Positions 17,302 to 27,774 of a DNA stretch of 64,000 nucleotides are shown piece by piece; the first letter of the stretch is position 1, and each line of letters begins with the position of its first letter. Source of the DNA: Candidatus Poribacteria bacterium (GTDB lineage: Bacteria > Poribacteria > WGA-4E > WGA-3G); contig CAXXLX010000001.1 of NCBI GenBank assembly GCA_963665235.2, positions 1,312,001 to 1,376,000 on the forward strand. The letters are read 5' to 3'. A model generated the notes under the pieces. That model was not told the DNA's origin. It saw only the letters and a program-made list of their open reading frames with translations, and ran no database searches. The translations under genes were made by a program, and so were the position numbers.

Positions 17302-20112
17302 TTAATTCTCTGCGTTTTCAGCGTCTTCCGGGGTTTCAGCGTCGTCATTGTCCTCGGTCACTTCTCCGGGGTCAGCGTCATTTTCGGCCTCGGTTTGCGC
17401 TTCGGGTGTGTCAACGTCATCCTCGGTTTGTGCTTCAGCCGTTTCGACCGTTTCCACAGTGTCAGCACTTTCCGCAGTTTCGGGGGTTTCAGCGTCGTCG
17501 TTGTCCTCGGTTTGCGCTTCGGGTGTGTCAACGTCATCCTCGGCTTGCGTATTATCCTCGGTTTGTGCTTCAGCCGTTTCAGCGTCATCTTCGGTTTGCG
17601 CTTCGGGTGTGTCAGCGTCATCCTCGGCTTGCGTATTATCCTCGGTTTGTGCTTCAACCGTTTCAGCGTCATCTTCGGTTTGCGCTTCGGGTGTGTCAGC
17701 GTCATCCTCGGCTTGCGTATTATCCTCGGTTTGTGCTTCAGCCGTTTCAGCGTCATCTTCGGTTTGTGCTTCAGCCGTTTCGACCGTTTCCACAGTTTCG
17801 GGGGTTTCCACAGTTTCGGGGGTTTCCGCAGTTTCAGTATCCGCTTCGCTTTCAGCAGTCGGCAAATCTTTTGCGTTTTCTGCGTTGGATCTTCCGATTT
17901 CCCTCTTGAGCAGTGCGGCCATCACGGTTTCTTCCTCTTCTTCAACCGGTTTAGGTCGTCTCGTTTCACGTTGGGAAGTTGCGCGTTCACGTCGGGGTCG
18001 CCTTTGCCGTTCTTCTTGCGGTGTTGTCATCTGTTCTTGGTCTACTTCAGCGGCTTTCAGGCTCAAACCGATGCGTCTGTTTTTCGGGTCTAGATTAATC
18101 ACTTTCACGTTTACTTCTTCGCCAACAGCGACAATTTCTTCAGGTCTTTCGATGCGTCTATTAGCGAGTTCAGAGATGTGGATTAATCCTTCAATCCCTT
18201 CCTCAAGTTTTGTGAATGCGCCAAAGCTGGTGAGGTTGACAATTTCGCCGAGTACGGTGGTGCCGACCTTATATTTTTCGGGGACTTCGTCCCAGGGGTC
18301 GGGTTGGGTCTGCTTAAACCCGAGTGAGACTCGGCGTTCAGCTGCATCGATTTGCAGGACGACAACATCTACCTGTTCCCCTTCCTTCAAAATTTCGTGG
18401 GGGTTCGCCACACGTTGTGTCCATGAAAGGTCAGTGGTATGAATTAATCCATCGATGCCATCTTCGATTTCGACAAACGCGCCAAAATTCGTGAGATTTC
18501 GGATACGTCCCGTAATTTTTGTCCCGATGGGGTACTTCTGTTCTAGGAGTTCCCAGGGATTCTGCTGTAGCTGCTTGATACCGAGTGAAATCCGTTTGTC
18601 CTCTTTGGAGATTTCCAGTACTATGGCTTCGACCTCATCCCCTTTATTGACAATTCGGGAGGGTGCAACGTTGCGGCGTGTCCATGCCATTTCGGAAACG
18701 TGAATTAGGCCCTCGACAGCTTCTTCAAGTTGAACGAACGCGCCATAGTTGACAATGTTAACAACTGTGCCTTTGACAGTTGAGCCGACTGGATATTTTT
18801 CGGCGACGTTTTGCCAGGGGTCATCCGTTTTCTGTTTCAAGCCTAGTGAAATTTTTTCGCTTTCCCGGTTGATAGCGATGACTTGTACTTCAAGTTCTTG
18901 ACTAACGGAGACGATTTCGGCGGGGTGATGGATTCGCTTCCATGCCATGTCTGTCTTATGGAGTAGTCCATCAATTCCGCCGAGGTCAACGAACGCTCCG
19001 AAGTCGGTGATGTTTTTGACAGTGCCTGTCACGAGTTGGCCGACTTCGAGGGTATTGAGGACCTCCGCTTTTTTCTCTGCTAGTTCTCTTTCCAACCATG
19101 CTCTTCTGGACAAAACGATATTGTGGCGTCGCTTACTCAAGCTGATGACTTGCATCTGAAAGACCTCACCGACATATTGGTCGAGGTTTTGAACAGGTCG
19201 CAGTTCCACTTGGGAAGCGGGCAAAAATCCTCGTAAAGAGCCGACGGTTACGTGGAGTCCGCCTTTAATTCGTTCCGTAATTCGGCCTTCGACGGGTAAA
19301 TTGTTGTCATGAGCGGCGGTTATTTCGTCCCAAATAAGCGTTTGGTCCGCGATCTTCTTTGAAAGGACAATTTGTCCATCAGCGTCCTCGCGCCGGACGA
19401 TGTACACGTCGATTTCGTCTCCCACCTGTACGGCGGGCAAATCGTCCTGATCGGTGCCGAACTCCTCTGCTGGAATGTAGCCTTCCGATTTAAAACCGAT
19501 ATCGATCATGACTTCGTCGCGACTTATATCGACGACGATTCCTTTAACAATTTCGCCATCTGTGAACGCCTTGAGTGAGTTATCGTAAGCCTCTTCGAGA
19601 GATTCTTGGCTCATTATGGCCGGCTGTTCTGGCTCGGTTGTTTCACTTTCGGTATCAGTGGTTTGTTCGGTTTCCGTGGCTTCTACCTCAGGTGTATCGC
19701 TCGTACCGTCATCCGTTGCGGCGGGTTCATCAGCATCGATAGTTTGTTCAGTTGCAGTGGGTTCATCAACATCAGCGGTCGGTTCGGTTTCGTCTGCTGT
19801 TGCCTCGAGTGTATCGCTCGTATCATCATCAGCTGCAGCGGGTTCATCAGCGGGTGGAGCTGCCTGTTCCGTTTCAGTATCCTCAGCGGTGGCTTCCGGT
19901 TCTTCGGCTTCAGTTGTCGCTGCATCCGCAACTTCGGGGGCACTTTCAGAATCCTGCGCCTCCGAGTCGGGTGTTTCTGTCTCGCTTACGTCTTCCTGAA
20001 CCGCTTCAGTTGTATCTTCAACTGAGTGCTTCTCTTCATCCACATCGACAGTGGTTTCATCTATGTTTGTTTGTTCGTTATTCATTAACATAACATGGGT
20101 TTCTCTACACAC
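17302..20112 (-). CDS. rpsA: 30S ribosomal protein S1 with long acidic N- and C-terminal extensions
   Basis: Six S1 domains (FGAFV..GxxGLxH) flanked by E/D/T/A-rich tails. The start is uncertain. Confidence 0.95.
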   Translation of the reverse strand: MCRETHVMLMNNEQTNIDETTVDVDEEKHSVEDTTEAVQEDVSETETPDSEAQDSESAPEVADAATTEAEEPEATAEDTETEQAAPPADEPAAADDDTSDTLEATADETEPTADVDEPTATEQTIDADEPAATDDGTSDTPEVEATETEQTTDTESETTEPEQPAIMSQESLEEAYDNSLKAFTDGEIVKGIVVDISRDEVMIDIGFKSEGYIPAEEFGTDQDDLPAVQVGDEIDVYIVRREDADGQIVLSKKIADQTLIWDEITAAHDNNLPVEGRITERIKGGLHVTVGSLRGFLPASQVELRPVQNLDQYVGEVFQMQVISLSKRRHNIVLSRRAWLERELAEKKAEVLNTLEVGQLVTGTVKNITDFGAFVDLGGIDGLLHKTDMAWKRIHHPAEIVSVSQELEVQVIAINRESEKISLGLKQKTDDPWQNVAEKYPVGSTVKGTVVNIVNYGAFVQLEEAVEGLIHVSEMAWTRRNVAPSRIVNKGDEVEAIVLEISKEDKRISLGIKQLQQNPWELLEQKYPIGTKITGRIRNLTNFGAFVEIEDGIDGLIHTTDLSWTQRVANPHEILKEGEQVDVVVLQIDAAERRVSLGFKQTQPDPWDEVPEKYKVGTTVLGEIVNLTSFGAFTKLEEGIEGLIHISELANRRIERPEEIVAVGEEVNVKVINLDPKNRRIGLSLKAAEVDQEQMTTPQEERQRRPRRERATSQRETRRPKPVEEEEETVMAALLKREIGRSNAENAKDLPTAESEADTETAETPETVETPETVETVETAEAQTEDDAETAEAQTEDNTQAEDDADTPEAQTEDDAETVEAQTEDNTQAEDDADTPEAQTEDDAETAEAQTEDNTQAEDDVDTPEAQTEDNDDAETPETAESADTVETVETAEAQTEDDVDTPEAQTEAENDADPGEVTEDNDDAETPEDAENAEN
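17507..17780 (-). repeat. 84-bp (28-aa) tandem repeat x3 in the rpsA tail
   Basis: Unit EAQTEDDAETAEAQTEDNTQAEDDADTP; copies are offset by 84 bp (e.g. 17521, 17605, 17689). Confidence 0.85.
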
Positions 20113-20276
20113 AAAACTGCGGTAATTCCGCCCGTTCCTCCTTATTTCGACGAAGTGCTTTTGGCACTTTGAAATCGGTTACCTATATAGTATATCACAA
20201 CGTGCATAAAAATGCAACAAATTTTTAATATTTGACAGAATTGTGAATTTATGCCAAAATAAAAAACGGAGGAAAT

Positions 20277-21032
20277 ATGTTTATGAAATTTGCACGATAT
20301 GAATTGAATGGAACAATTGAGTACGGTATCGTTGATGGGAATAATTTGCGCGCGCTTGATGGCTGTCCGTTTACTGACTACAATGAAACTAGCGACACTG
20401 TTGCGCTGGCAGATGTGACGCTTCTCGCTCCGACAACTCCCTCGAAAGTTTTAGCTGTCGGTTTGAATTATCGGAGCCACTTGGGAGATGCTCCGGAACC
20501 TCAAAATCCGGAAATATTCATCAAAACGCCATCTTGTATCAATAACCCGGGGGGCGACATTGTGCTCCCAGAAGGCGATGATGATGTTCACGCCGAAGGC
20601 GAATTGGTAGTGATACTTAAGGAGCAGGCATGTAAGGTGACCCCTACAGAAGCGGAAGCGAAAATATTGGGCGTAACGTGTGGAAACGATGTGAGTGCGC
20701 GAACCTGGCAGAAAAACGATTTGCAATGGTGGCGTGCTAAAGCATCCGACACCTTCGGACCGATAGGGCCTGTCATCGCTACCGATGTTGACTATAACGA
20801 CCTGCAATTGGAAACCCGTATCAACGATGAGGTAGTTCAGGCACAAACCACAGGAGACCTTATTTTTCCGGTGCCCGTGATTGTGAGTTTCATCTCACAG
20901 GCGATAACGTTGGAACCCGGAGATGCGATTTTCACAGGGACACCCGGCACTACAACTGCCTTGAAAGCAGGCGATGTTGTTGAAATTGAGATTGAGGGCA
21001 TCGGCGTGTTGCGAAATAACGTTGTGGCCTAG
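20277..21032 (+). CDS. Fumarylacetoacetate hydrolase family protein
   Basis: GLNYRSH, EGEL, NDVSAR, TLEPGDAIFTGTP. Confidence 0.92.
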   Translation: MFMKFARYELNGTIEYGIVDGNNLRALDGCPFTDYNETSDTVALADVTLLAPTTPSKVLAVGLNYRSHLGDAPEPQNPEIFIKTPSCINNPGGDIVLPEGDDDVHAEGELVVILKEQACKVTPTEAEAKILGVTCGNDVSARTWQKNDLQWWRAKASDTFGPIGPVIATDVDYNDLQLETRINDEVVQAQTTGDLIFPVPVIVSFISQAITLEPGDAIFTGTPGTTTALKAGDVVEIEIEGIGVLRNNVVA

Positions 21033-21049
21033 CTGTTTGAGGTGGAAAG

Positions 21050-21466
21050 ATGGCTAAAATTAAGATGTTTAAAGGATACGAGGGAATCCCGCCGATTCCG
21101 AAACCTAAGGAACAGGTAAAGGCGAACGTTGTCACAGTTCAAGATGGCGTGCCGGTTAAATATCCTGGTTGTGACGGCATTGGCGTGCGCGTTGTACATC
21201 CTGCGAACCCACAAGCTCCTGCCCAAAATTTAGGGATGGTGATGTTTTTTGTTCCCCCCCATGTCGTTTTGGAACCGGGCAGTCATCACACAGAGGAGTG
21301 CTATGTTATCATGCGTGGGGAGGGTACGATGACAGTTGCAGGGGAGAAGGTCGCTGTGAAAGCGGGGACGTTTATCCATCTCCCGCCGTGGTGTGAGCAC
21401 GGTATTGAAAACACTGGGGATGAAACGTTGGAAGTCCTAATCTGTACCTCGCCGCCGAATCCGTAA
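21050..21466 (+). CDS. Cupin-domain protein
   Basis: SHHTEECY..GEG..P..HGIEN cupin motifs. Confidence 0.85.
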   Translation: MAKIKMFKGYEGIPPIPKPKEQVKANVVTVQDGVPVKYPGCDGIGVRVVHPANPQAPAQNLGMVMFFVPPHVVLEPGSHHTEECYVIMRGEGTMTVAGEKVAVKAGTFIHLPPWCEHGIENTGDETLEVLICTSPPNP

Positions 21467-21478
21467 AAATGTTACGCG

Positions 21479-22273
21479 TTACCAGTCGCGTGTGTATCCG
21501 GCGGTCCATCCGCCATCAACGGTGAGAATAGCTCCGTTGATGTAGCTCGCTGCGGGGGCTACCAAAAAAAGCACGGCTGCGGCAATTTCTTCAGGTTTTC
21601 CCGGTCGCCCGAGCGGAATATGCGATAAGAGGCTGGTAGCCTTTTCTGTGTAGGTGCCATTGGGCCCATAAAAGAGTGCCTCTGTCCCGCGTGTTAGTGT
21701 GGAGCCCGGGGCGACCGCGTTGACGAGAATGCCTTGGGGCCCGAGTTCTAACGCCATTGAACGGGTTAGATTCGCAACGCCTGCCTTCGCGGCGACGAAC
21801 GCGCTTTGAAGCCGAAGCGGGACGAGTCCTGCAATAGAACTGATGTTAACAATACGCCCGGGCGGATTTTCGAGCATGTAGGGTATAACCGCCCGGCTCA
21901 CGACAAACACCCCTGTGAGGTCAACTTGTAGGATACGGTGCCAATCGGTTAAAGTGTATTGATGGATTGGCACGCGTTCACTACGTGTGTTAATGCCTGC
22001 GTTGTTGACAAGTATCTGAATTTTGTCGAATTGGGTTGCGATGTCCGCTGCGGCAGCTTCCATCTGTTCGGTATCGGCAACATCGCCTTCTACAAAGAGG
22101 CATGTTCCCCCTGCTTGTTGGATAGCTTGGGCGGTCTGTGTGCCAGCGTCGGTATCGATATCCACAATTGCGACGCGCGCGCCGTTTTCCACAAAGGCGT
22201 GCACGATAGCCTTACCGATTCCTTGTGCGCCGCCGGTTACAATTGCGTTGTAGCCTTCAAGCGGGATCTTCAT
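21479..22273 (-). CDS. SDR-family oxidoreductase
   Basis: TGGAQGIG, NNAG; YxxxK is replaced by FVAAK. Confidence 0.9.
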   Translation of the reverse strand: MKIPLEGYNAIVTGGAQGIGKAIVHAFVENGARVAIVDIDTDAGTQTAQAIQQAGGTCLFVEGDVADTEQMEAAAADIATQFDKIQILVNNAGINTRSERVPIHQYTLTDWHRILQVDLTGVFVVSRAVIPYMLENPPGRIVNISSIAGLVPLRLQSAFVAAKAGVANLTRSMALELGPQGILVNAVAPGSTLTRGTEALFYGPNGTYTEKATSLLSHIPLGRPGKPEEIAAAVLFLVAPAASYINGAILTVDGGWTAGYTRDW

Positions 22274-22297
22274 GCGTTTTTCTCCTTGCGCGGGTGT

Positions 22298-23119
22298 CTA
22301 GGATGCTATCTGTGCGGTAAGCGTCAGCTCCGTTTTACCGTCGAGCCCCGCCACAACCGGAAAAGTCCGCTCTCCCTTACCATCTTTTGTTACAAATCTG
22401 ACCTGTGGCGAAAAGTAGGCGTAGAGTGCGGTGTTTCTGGGATTCGGCGATGTATTGGGCCCGGAGCCGTGCACCATGAGACTATGAAAAAATAGGGCAC
22501 TGCCTGCGGAGAGGGGGACATCCATCTGCTGTTTGGCGACATCCTCTCGGTCGGTAAGCTGTGCATCCTGTTGGCGTGCAATGCCTCCCCATTCTTGAAC
22601 GCCCCATAGATGACTGTGTGGAATGACCTTAAAACAACCGTTTTCTGGCGTGGCATCGTTTAGGGCAATACTGACTGTGACGAGGCTTGGGGGTTCCATC
22701 GGCCAGTATGCTGAATCCTGGTGCAGCCCGTGTGATGAGCCGTGGAATGCGGGTTTGAACATGAGCGTGCTTCTAAAGAGGAGCAGGTCTTCCCCGATGA
22801 GATTTCGGAGTACTGCAATAAGGTTGGGATGTTGTGCCAAATTCCGGAACACTTCTGAGTATTGGCGGGTATTTTCCGCCTTTCGCAGCACGGGTAATCT
22901 ATCCCCCTGCGTTTCGTCTTTCGCGAAGGGTTCACGTTGGACGTGCCTGCGTGCAATATCTGCGCGCTCCTTTTCTGCCTCAGATTCCTGCCCTGCAGCA
23001 AACTGATGCAACCGAAGCACTTCTGCCTGACATTCTTTTACCTCTGTAGGAGAGAGTAGGTTTTCAACAACGAGATAGCCTTCTGTCTCAAAAAAGGTTT
23101 TTTGAGCATTTTTATCCAT
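22298..23119 (-). CDS. Phytanoyl-CoA dioxygenase (PhyH) family protein
   Basis: HQDxxYW, ENGC, HGSGPNxS..R. Confidence 0.9.
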   Translation of the reverse strand: MDKNAQKTFFETEGYLVVENLLSPTEVKECQAEVLRLHQFAAGQESEAEKERADIARRHVQREPFAKDETQGDRLPVLRKAENTRQYSEVFRNLAQHPNLIAVLRNLIGEDLLLFRSTLMFKPAFHGSSHGLHQDSAYWPMEPPSLVTVSIALNDATPENGCFKVIPHSHLWGVQEWGGIARQQDAQLTDREDVAKQQMDVPLSAGSALFFHSLMVHGSGPNTSPNPRNTALYAYFSPQVRFVTKDGKGERTFPVVAGLDGKTELTLTAQIAS

Positions 23120-23121
23120 TT

Positions 23122-24570
23122 TTATCCTCCGATGATAAGTCGTTGAATTTCCAAGATGATACTTGAAACAGCAAACCCGATGTAAACCGCTGAGGCGATA
23201 AGCATCATTATGGTTGATAGCGTCTTGGGTTTAGCAAATTTAGGTAAAAATCGGTGGTTCATATAGAGCGTAAGGGGTACATAGATAGCCATTGCAATCC
23301 CACCCATATACGCTGCACTGAGAAGGAAACCGAGTCCACTGACATTTAAATTCTCCATTACATAAGTGAGCACACATCCAGCGACAATCCAGATTCCGAC
23401 GATGAGCAGGTACCACCAACTTAATTCCCGTTTTTGCGCGCCTTTGAAATTAGTGTAGATAATATCAGAGACGGAGCGGCCGACACCATCAAGCAGTGCA
23501 AGTTGTGTGCCGAAGAGGGTTGCGACTCCGACTAGCAGGAAAACCCGGCGTCCGAGTTCGCCAAAGCTTTTGCCTAATATATCCGCTTCGTCATAGATGA
23601 GTTGGTTTCTGTCAGGAACAATTCCTTCAGGATGCAAAACAGCGAGCGCGCCGAAAATAAAGAGCAGGATTGTAAAAGTATTGAGTGCCCAGAAGAAGAG
23701 CATCTGGTCGCGTTTGATGTATCCCCACCAGTCAGCGAATCGTCTGCGGTTTTCTTCTGTATCTGCGAAGAGGAATCCTGTTGCGGGAACTTTTTCTGTG
23801 CGTCCCCGTAGGGGGTTGCGGAGCCCTGGCACCCTTGCGCCCATCCCGATGTTTTTATCCCGTAAATAGAACGTATAGAAGAGATTAGCGGTGCCGCCTG
23901 CACCAGCGAATACCAACGCGATAAACAGTTTGCTTACCGACATATTTGGGTCTTTGTAACCGACGTTTATCAAACCTTTTCCTAACTCTTTCCATGTATC
24001 CAAGGAGCCTACTAAAATGGCAACGAAAATCAGTCCGATTGTCACAACAGCGACGAGTACCTCTATTGTGTGTTCTAAGGAGTTATAGACCAGCTTTGGA
24101 CCGAATAGGATAGCAGCGGCTGCTGTGAACGTTATTATTGTCCAAAAGGTGTCTGAACCCCAGAACGTTCCCTCTTGCCATTTTGCGTTGAAAAGGAGTG
24201 CTTTGAGGGCAGCCCCCGATTCGCGTGCCCAGCCGGGGGCAATCCAGCCGACTACAATAAGTAGAATAAACAGCGGCCCGAAACCACGCCAAATGCGACT
24301 GTAGCCGGTGTATACAGTTTCACCGGTAGCGATTGTCCATCTCCCGACCTCAAAGTTAATCCAGAGCTGAAGGAATACGCCGAGGACTGCTGCCCAGACC
24401 ATGCTTGCGCCGTACTCTGCGGCGATTAGGGGCCAAATTACAATTTCGCCAGCACCGATAGATAAACCGACTAAGATAGCACCAGGGCCAGCTATTTTCC
24501 AGAAAGGCAGCTGTTTTTCGGGTAAATCGACAGTTTTAAAATCATCAAGCGGTTCATAAATTTTTGACAT
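23122..24570 (-). CDS. Nramp-like/APC-superfamily membrane transporter
   Basis: GPG..IGAGE..W..ATGE and multiple TM helices. Confidence 0.75.
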   Translation of the reverse strand: MSKIYEPLDDFKTVDLPEKQLPFWKIAGPGAILVGLSIGAGEIVIWPLIAAEYGASMVWAAVLGVFLQLWINFEVGRWTIATGETVYTGYSRIWRGFGPLFILLIVVGWIAPGWARESGAALKALLFNAKWQEGTFWGSDTFWTIITFTAAAAILFGPKLVYNSLEHTIEVLVAVVTIGLIFVAILVGSLDTWKELGKGLINVGYKDPNMSVSKLFIALVFAGAGGTANLFYTFYLRDKNIGMGARVPGLRNPLRGRTEKVPATGFLFADTEENRRRFADWWGYIKRDQMLFFWALNTFTILLFIFGALAVLHPEGIVPDRNQLIYDEADILGKSFGELGRRVFLLVGVATLFGTQLALLDGVGRSVSDIIYTNFKGAQKRELSWWYLLIVGIWIVAGCVLTYVMENLNVSGLGFLLSAAYMGGIAMAIYVPLTLYMNHRFLPKFAKPKTLSTIMMLIASAVYIGFAVSSIILEIQRLIIGG

Positions 24571-24599
24571 ACTTCACTTCCTTCACATAGACACGAAAC

Positions 24600-27530
24600 T
24601 TATACCGCCTCTATCGCTTCACTTAACACCTCAATTGGGTGCTTTGGATGGATACCGGTTCCGTGTTCAAGTTGATGTCGACAGGAAAATCCTGAGGCTG
24701 TCAACGTAAATTCAGTAGTTTTTTCACGGATAGTTGGGAACAAACGGAGTTCCCCGATGTTCATAGAGAGTTCGTAATGTGTTTTTTCATAGCCGAACGC
24801 GCCTGCCATACCGCAGCAACTTGAATCGATAACTGTCACGTTGTGTGCCGGTGGTAACGAAAGCATCTGCACCGTGGGTTGAATGCCGACAAGGGCTCTT
24901 TGATGACAGTGCCCGTGCAACAGAATATCGCGGGGGTCAGTTTTAAATGTGAGGGGCAGGGTGCCATTTTCATGAATGTGGACTATGAATTCTTCGAAGG
25001 AGCGGGTTGCCTCGGCAACCTGTTTCGCCTTTTTGGTGTTGATAAGTTCGACATAATCGTCGGTAAGGGTGGAGGTACAACTCGGTTCACATCCGACAAT
25101 CGGAATGCCCGCCTTCGCGTACTCGTGGAGCTGTGCAATATTGTACGTTGCATTCTCAATAGCTCTGTCAAGCATCCCTTCAGAGATAAGGGGTCTGCCA
25201 CAACACTTTTTATCGGGTAAGATAACCTCAAATCCTGCTGCTTCTAGCACATGGACTGCTGCCTTGCCGATATTCGGTTCGCTGTGGTTCATAAAGGTAT
25301 CGTGAAACAGGACTACCTTTTTGTCTGAGGTGGCGGGTGTGTGCTGTTTTCGGAACCACTTTTGAAATGTTCGATGAACGAAGGTAGGCATATCGCGTCT
25401 GCGGTCGATGCCGAGCAGTTTTTCAGCTATCCACTTGGCAGGAACGTTGTTGGTCGCCCAGCTAGAGAGCGGGGCGAACGCTGACCCCAGGATAGCAAGT
25501 GCTCCAATCTCTCCGAAGAGGCGATTCCGTAGCGGGAGCCCGTTCGCTTTTCGGTAGTGAGCAAGCACTTCATATTTAATCTTCGCCATGTCAACGTTAG
25601 AGGGACATTCCGCCTTGCAGGCTTTACAACCAAGACACAGGTCGAGGACATCGTAGAGGCGGTCGCTCGTGAAATCGGTATGTGGTAGTGCCCCGGAGAT
25701 GACCAAGCGTAGTGCGTTTGCCCGGCCCCGCGTAGAGTGCTCCTCTTCGCGTGTGCCAATAAAGGAGGGACACATCGTACCCGTGAGCGTCTTGCGGCAT
25801 GCGCCGACCCCGTTGCACATCTCAATTGCCCTCCCAAATCCATCTTGTGACGAAAAATCGAAATAGGTGTCAATTTTAATAGTGTTGTATTTTTTGCCGA
25901 ATCGGAGGTTTTCTGTCATAGGGGGCGGGTCAATAATTTTACCAGGGTTCATAATGCCATCCGGGTCGAAAGCGTTTTTAACCTCGCGGAGTGCCTGATA
26001 AATTTGGGGGCCGAACATACTTTCAATCCATTCGCTTCGAACGAGCCCATCGCCGTGTTCGCCACTCATTGCGCCACCAAGTTCCATAAGTAGGTCGCGC
26101 ACCTCGCGAGCGATATTGTGCATCTTTTCGATATCCGCTTCCGATTTGAGATTGACAATTGGACGGTTGTGGAGCAATCCTACGCTGGCGTGTGCATAAT
26201 AAGCTGCGGTTGTCCCATGTGCCGTGACGATGTCGTCGAACCTGCGGACATATTCGGGTAGATTTTCAATAGGGACAGCGGCATCTTCCACAAATCCGAC
26301 CGGTTTTGCATCCCCTTTCATGCCCATAAGTAAGCCGAGGCCCGCTTTTCGAGTTTCCCAGACGCGTGCCTTCTCTGCGGGGGTGAAACATCGGACGAAT
26401 GCGTAACCGAAGCCGGCACTTTTTAAGGTTTTTTCAAGGTGATTAATTTGCTCGTGCAGTGCAGCTTCTATGTCTCCGTAAAATTCTACTGCGAGGAGTG
26501 CCGCCGGTTCGCCTTCAATAAAGGTGGTAAGCCGTGAAAATTCAAGGGAGCCGCGTGCCATATCGAGTATCGTTTTGTCAATCAGTTCAACAGCTGTGGG
26601 TTTGCATGCCAACACTGTTTGCATCGCTTCCATGGCGGCAACGAGGTCTGTAAAATGAACGACGCAGAGTGCTGTCATTTTGGGGATAGGGACGAGGTTA
26701 ATCTGCGCCTCAACGGTTGTCGCCAGTGTCCCTTCGGAACCGACGAGAATCTTTGTGAGACTAAACGGATGGTCAGCATCACATCCATCTCGTCTATAGG
26801 GGGTTACCTCTTTTGAGCCTGCGTCAGTGACAAATTCATCGAGATTATAGCCTGCAACTCGCCGTAAAATTCGGGGGTATCGTTTCCGAATTTCGGCTGC
26901 ATTGTCAGCACAGATTCTGCACAGTTCGCGATAGATGTTCGCTTCTAACGAGTTTTCCTGCTGCTTTGAAGCGACCTCGTTAAGCGATAGAGGGGCTGCG
27001 GTTATTTCATCGCCGTTGGCAAGGACAAGGTCAAGCGACATCACATGGTCAATCGTTTTGCCGTAGATAAGGGAATGCGACCCTGCGGAGTTGTTACCAA
27101 TAGTGCCGCCAACATTAGCACGGCTGCTTGTAGCAACATCTGGGGCGTACATCAACCCGTGCGGTTTAAGACGGTGATTTAGCTCGTCAAGAACGATACC
27201 GGGCTGCACGCGCGCCCAATGCTCATCGACGTTAACCTCAATGAGTTGATTCATGAACTTAGACATGTCTAGGACAATCGCTTTGCCGACGCTCTGGCCT
27301 GCGAGACTTGTCCCGCCGCCGCGTGGTAGAATCGGCAATTTGTGTTCAGCTGCGATTTGTACCGTCGTAGTGACATCCTGTTTTTGCCGAGGAATGACAA
27401 CGCCTATCGGTTCAATCTGGTAGAGGCTGGCATCTGTGCTGTAAAGTGCTTTTGAATAGGCATCAAAGCGTACCTCTCCCTCAAGTTCTTTCGCGAGAAG
27501 TTGTTCAAGTGCTGGTTCAGAATTTTGCAT
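24600..27530 (-). CDS. FAD-binding and Fe-S-containing oxidoreductase (GlcD/GlcF-type fusion)
   Basis: RGGGTSLAGQ, GEHGDG, CNGVGAC, CLGCKACKAECP, CCG domains. Confidence 0.92.
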   Translation of the reverse strand: MQNSEPALEQLLAKELEGEVRFDAYSKALYSTDASLYQIEPIGVVIPRQKQDVTTTVQIAAEHKLPILPRGGGTSLAGQSVGKAIVLDMSKFMNQLIEVNVDEHWARVQPGIVLDELNHRLKPHGLMYAPDVATSSRANVGGTIGNNSAGSHSLIYGKTIDHVMSLDLVLANGDEITAAPLSLNEVASKQQENSLEANIYRELCRICADNAAEIRKRYPRILRRVAGYNLDEFVTDAGSKEVTPYRRDGCDADHPFSLTKILVGSEGTLATTVEAQINLVPIPKMTALCVVHFTDLVAAMEAMQTVLACKPTAVELIDKTILDMARGSLEFSRLTTFIEGEPAALLAVEFYGDIEAALHEQINHLEKTLKSAGFGYAFVRCFTPAEKARVWETRKAGLGLLMGMKGDAKPVGFVEDAAVPIENLPEYVRRFDDIVTAHGTTAAYYAHASVGLLHNRPIVNLKSEADIEKMHNIAREVRDLLMELGGAMSGEHGDGLVRSEWIESMFGPQIYQALREVKNAFDPDGIMNPGKIIDPPPMTENLRFGKKYNTIKIDTYFDFSSQDGFGRAIEMCNGVGACRKTLTGTMCPSFIGTREEEHSTRGRANALRLVISGALPHTDFTSDRLYDVLDLCLGCKACKAECPSNVDMAKIKYEVLAHYRKANGLPLRNRLFGEIGALAILGSAFAPLSSWATNNVPAKWIAEKLLGIDRRRDMPTFVHRTFQKWFRKQHTPATSDKKVVLFHDTFMNHSEPNIGKAAVHVLEAAGFEVILPDKKCCGRPLISEGMLDRAIENATYNIAQLHEYAKAGIPIVGCEPSCTSTLTDDYVELINTKKAKQVAEATRSFEEFIVHIHENGTLPLTFKTDPRDILLHGHCHQRALVGIQPTVQMLSLPPAHNVTVIDSSCCGMAGAFGYEKTHYELSMNIGELRLFPTIREKTTEFTLTASGFSCRHQLEHGTGIHPKHPIEVLSEAIEAV

Positions 27531-27643
27531 CCGTTTTTCAGCTCCTGTGCATGTTGCAAGATGTTAGAAAGCTGTGCATCGAGTTAATTCCTCGATATAA
27601 GTATGTCAAAAACAGGGGAGAATGTCAAGTTTTTAAAAAAAAT

Positions 27644-27672
27644 TTGACATTCCGCTTTTAAAAAGGTATAAT
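27644..27672 (+). promoter_or_regulatory. Consensus sigma70 promoter of tRNA-Leu
   Basis: TTGACA-17 nt-TATAAT. Confidence 0.85.
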
Positions 27673-27685
27673 TATAAAATCAAAT

Positions 27686-27768
27686 GCCCCTGTGGTGGAA
27701 TTGGTATACACGGCAGGTTGAGGGCCTGTGCCTTAATTGGCATGCTGGTTCGAGTCCAGTCGGGGGCA
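27686..27768 (+). tRNA. tRNA-Leu(GAG)
   Basis: Cloverleaf with anticodon loop ttGAGgg, a variable arm and a GTTCGAG T-loop. CCA is not encoded. Confidence 0.95.
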
Positions 27769-27774
27769 TCCCTT

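Noticed and set aside
17214-18442. Long antisense and alternative-frame ORFs over the rpsA tail, and likewise at 49318-49806
   Set aside because: They are shadows of in-frame tandem repeats in the real genes.
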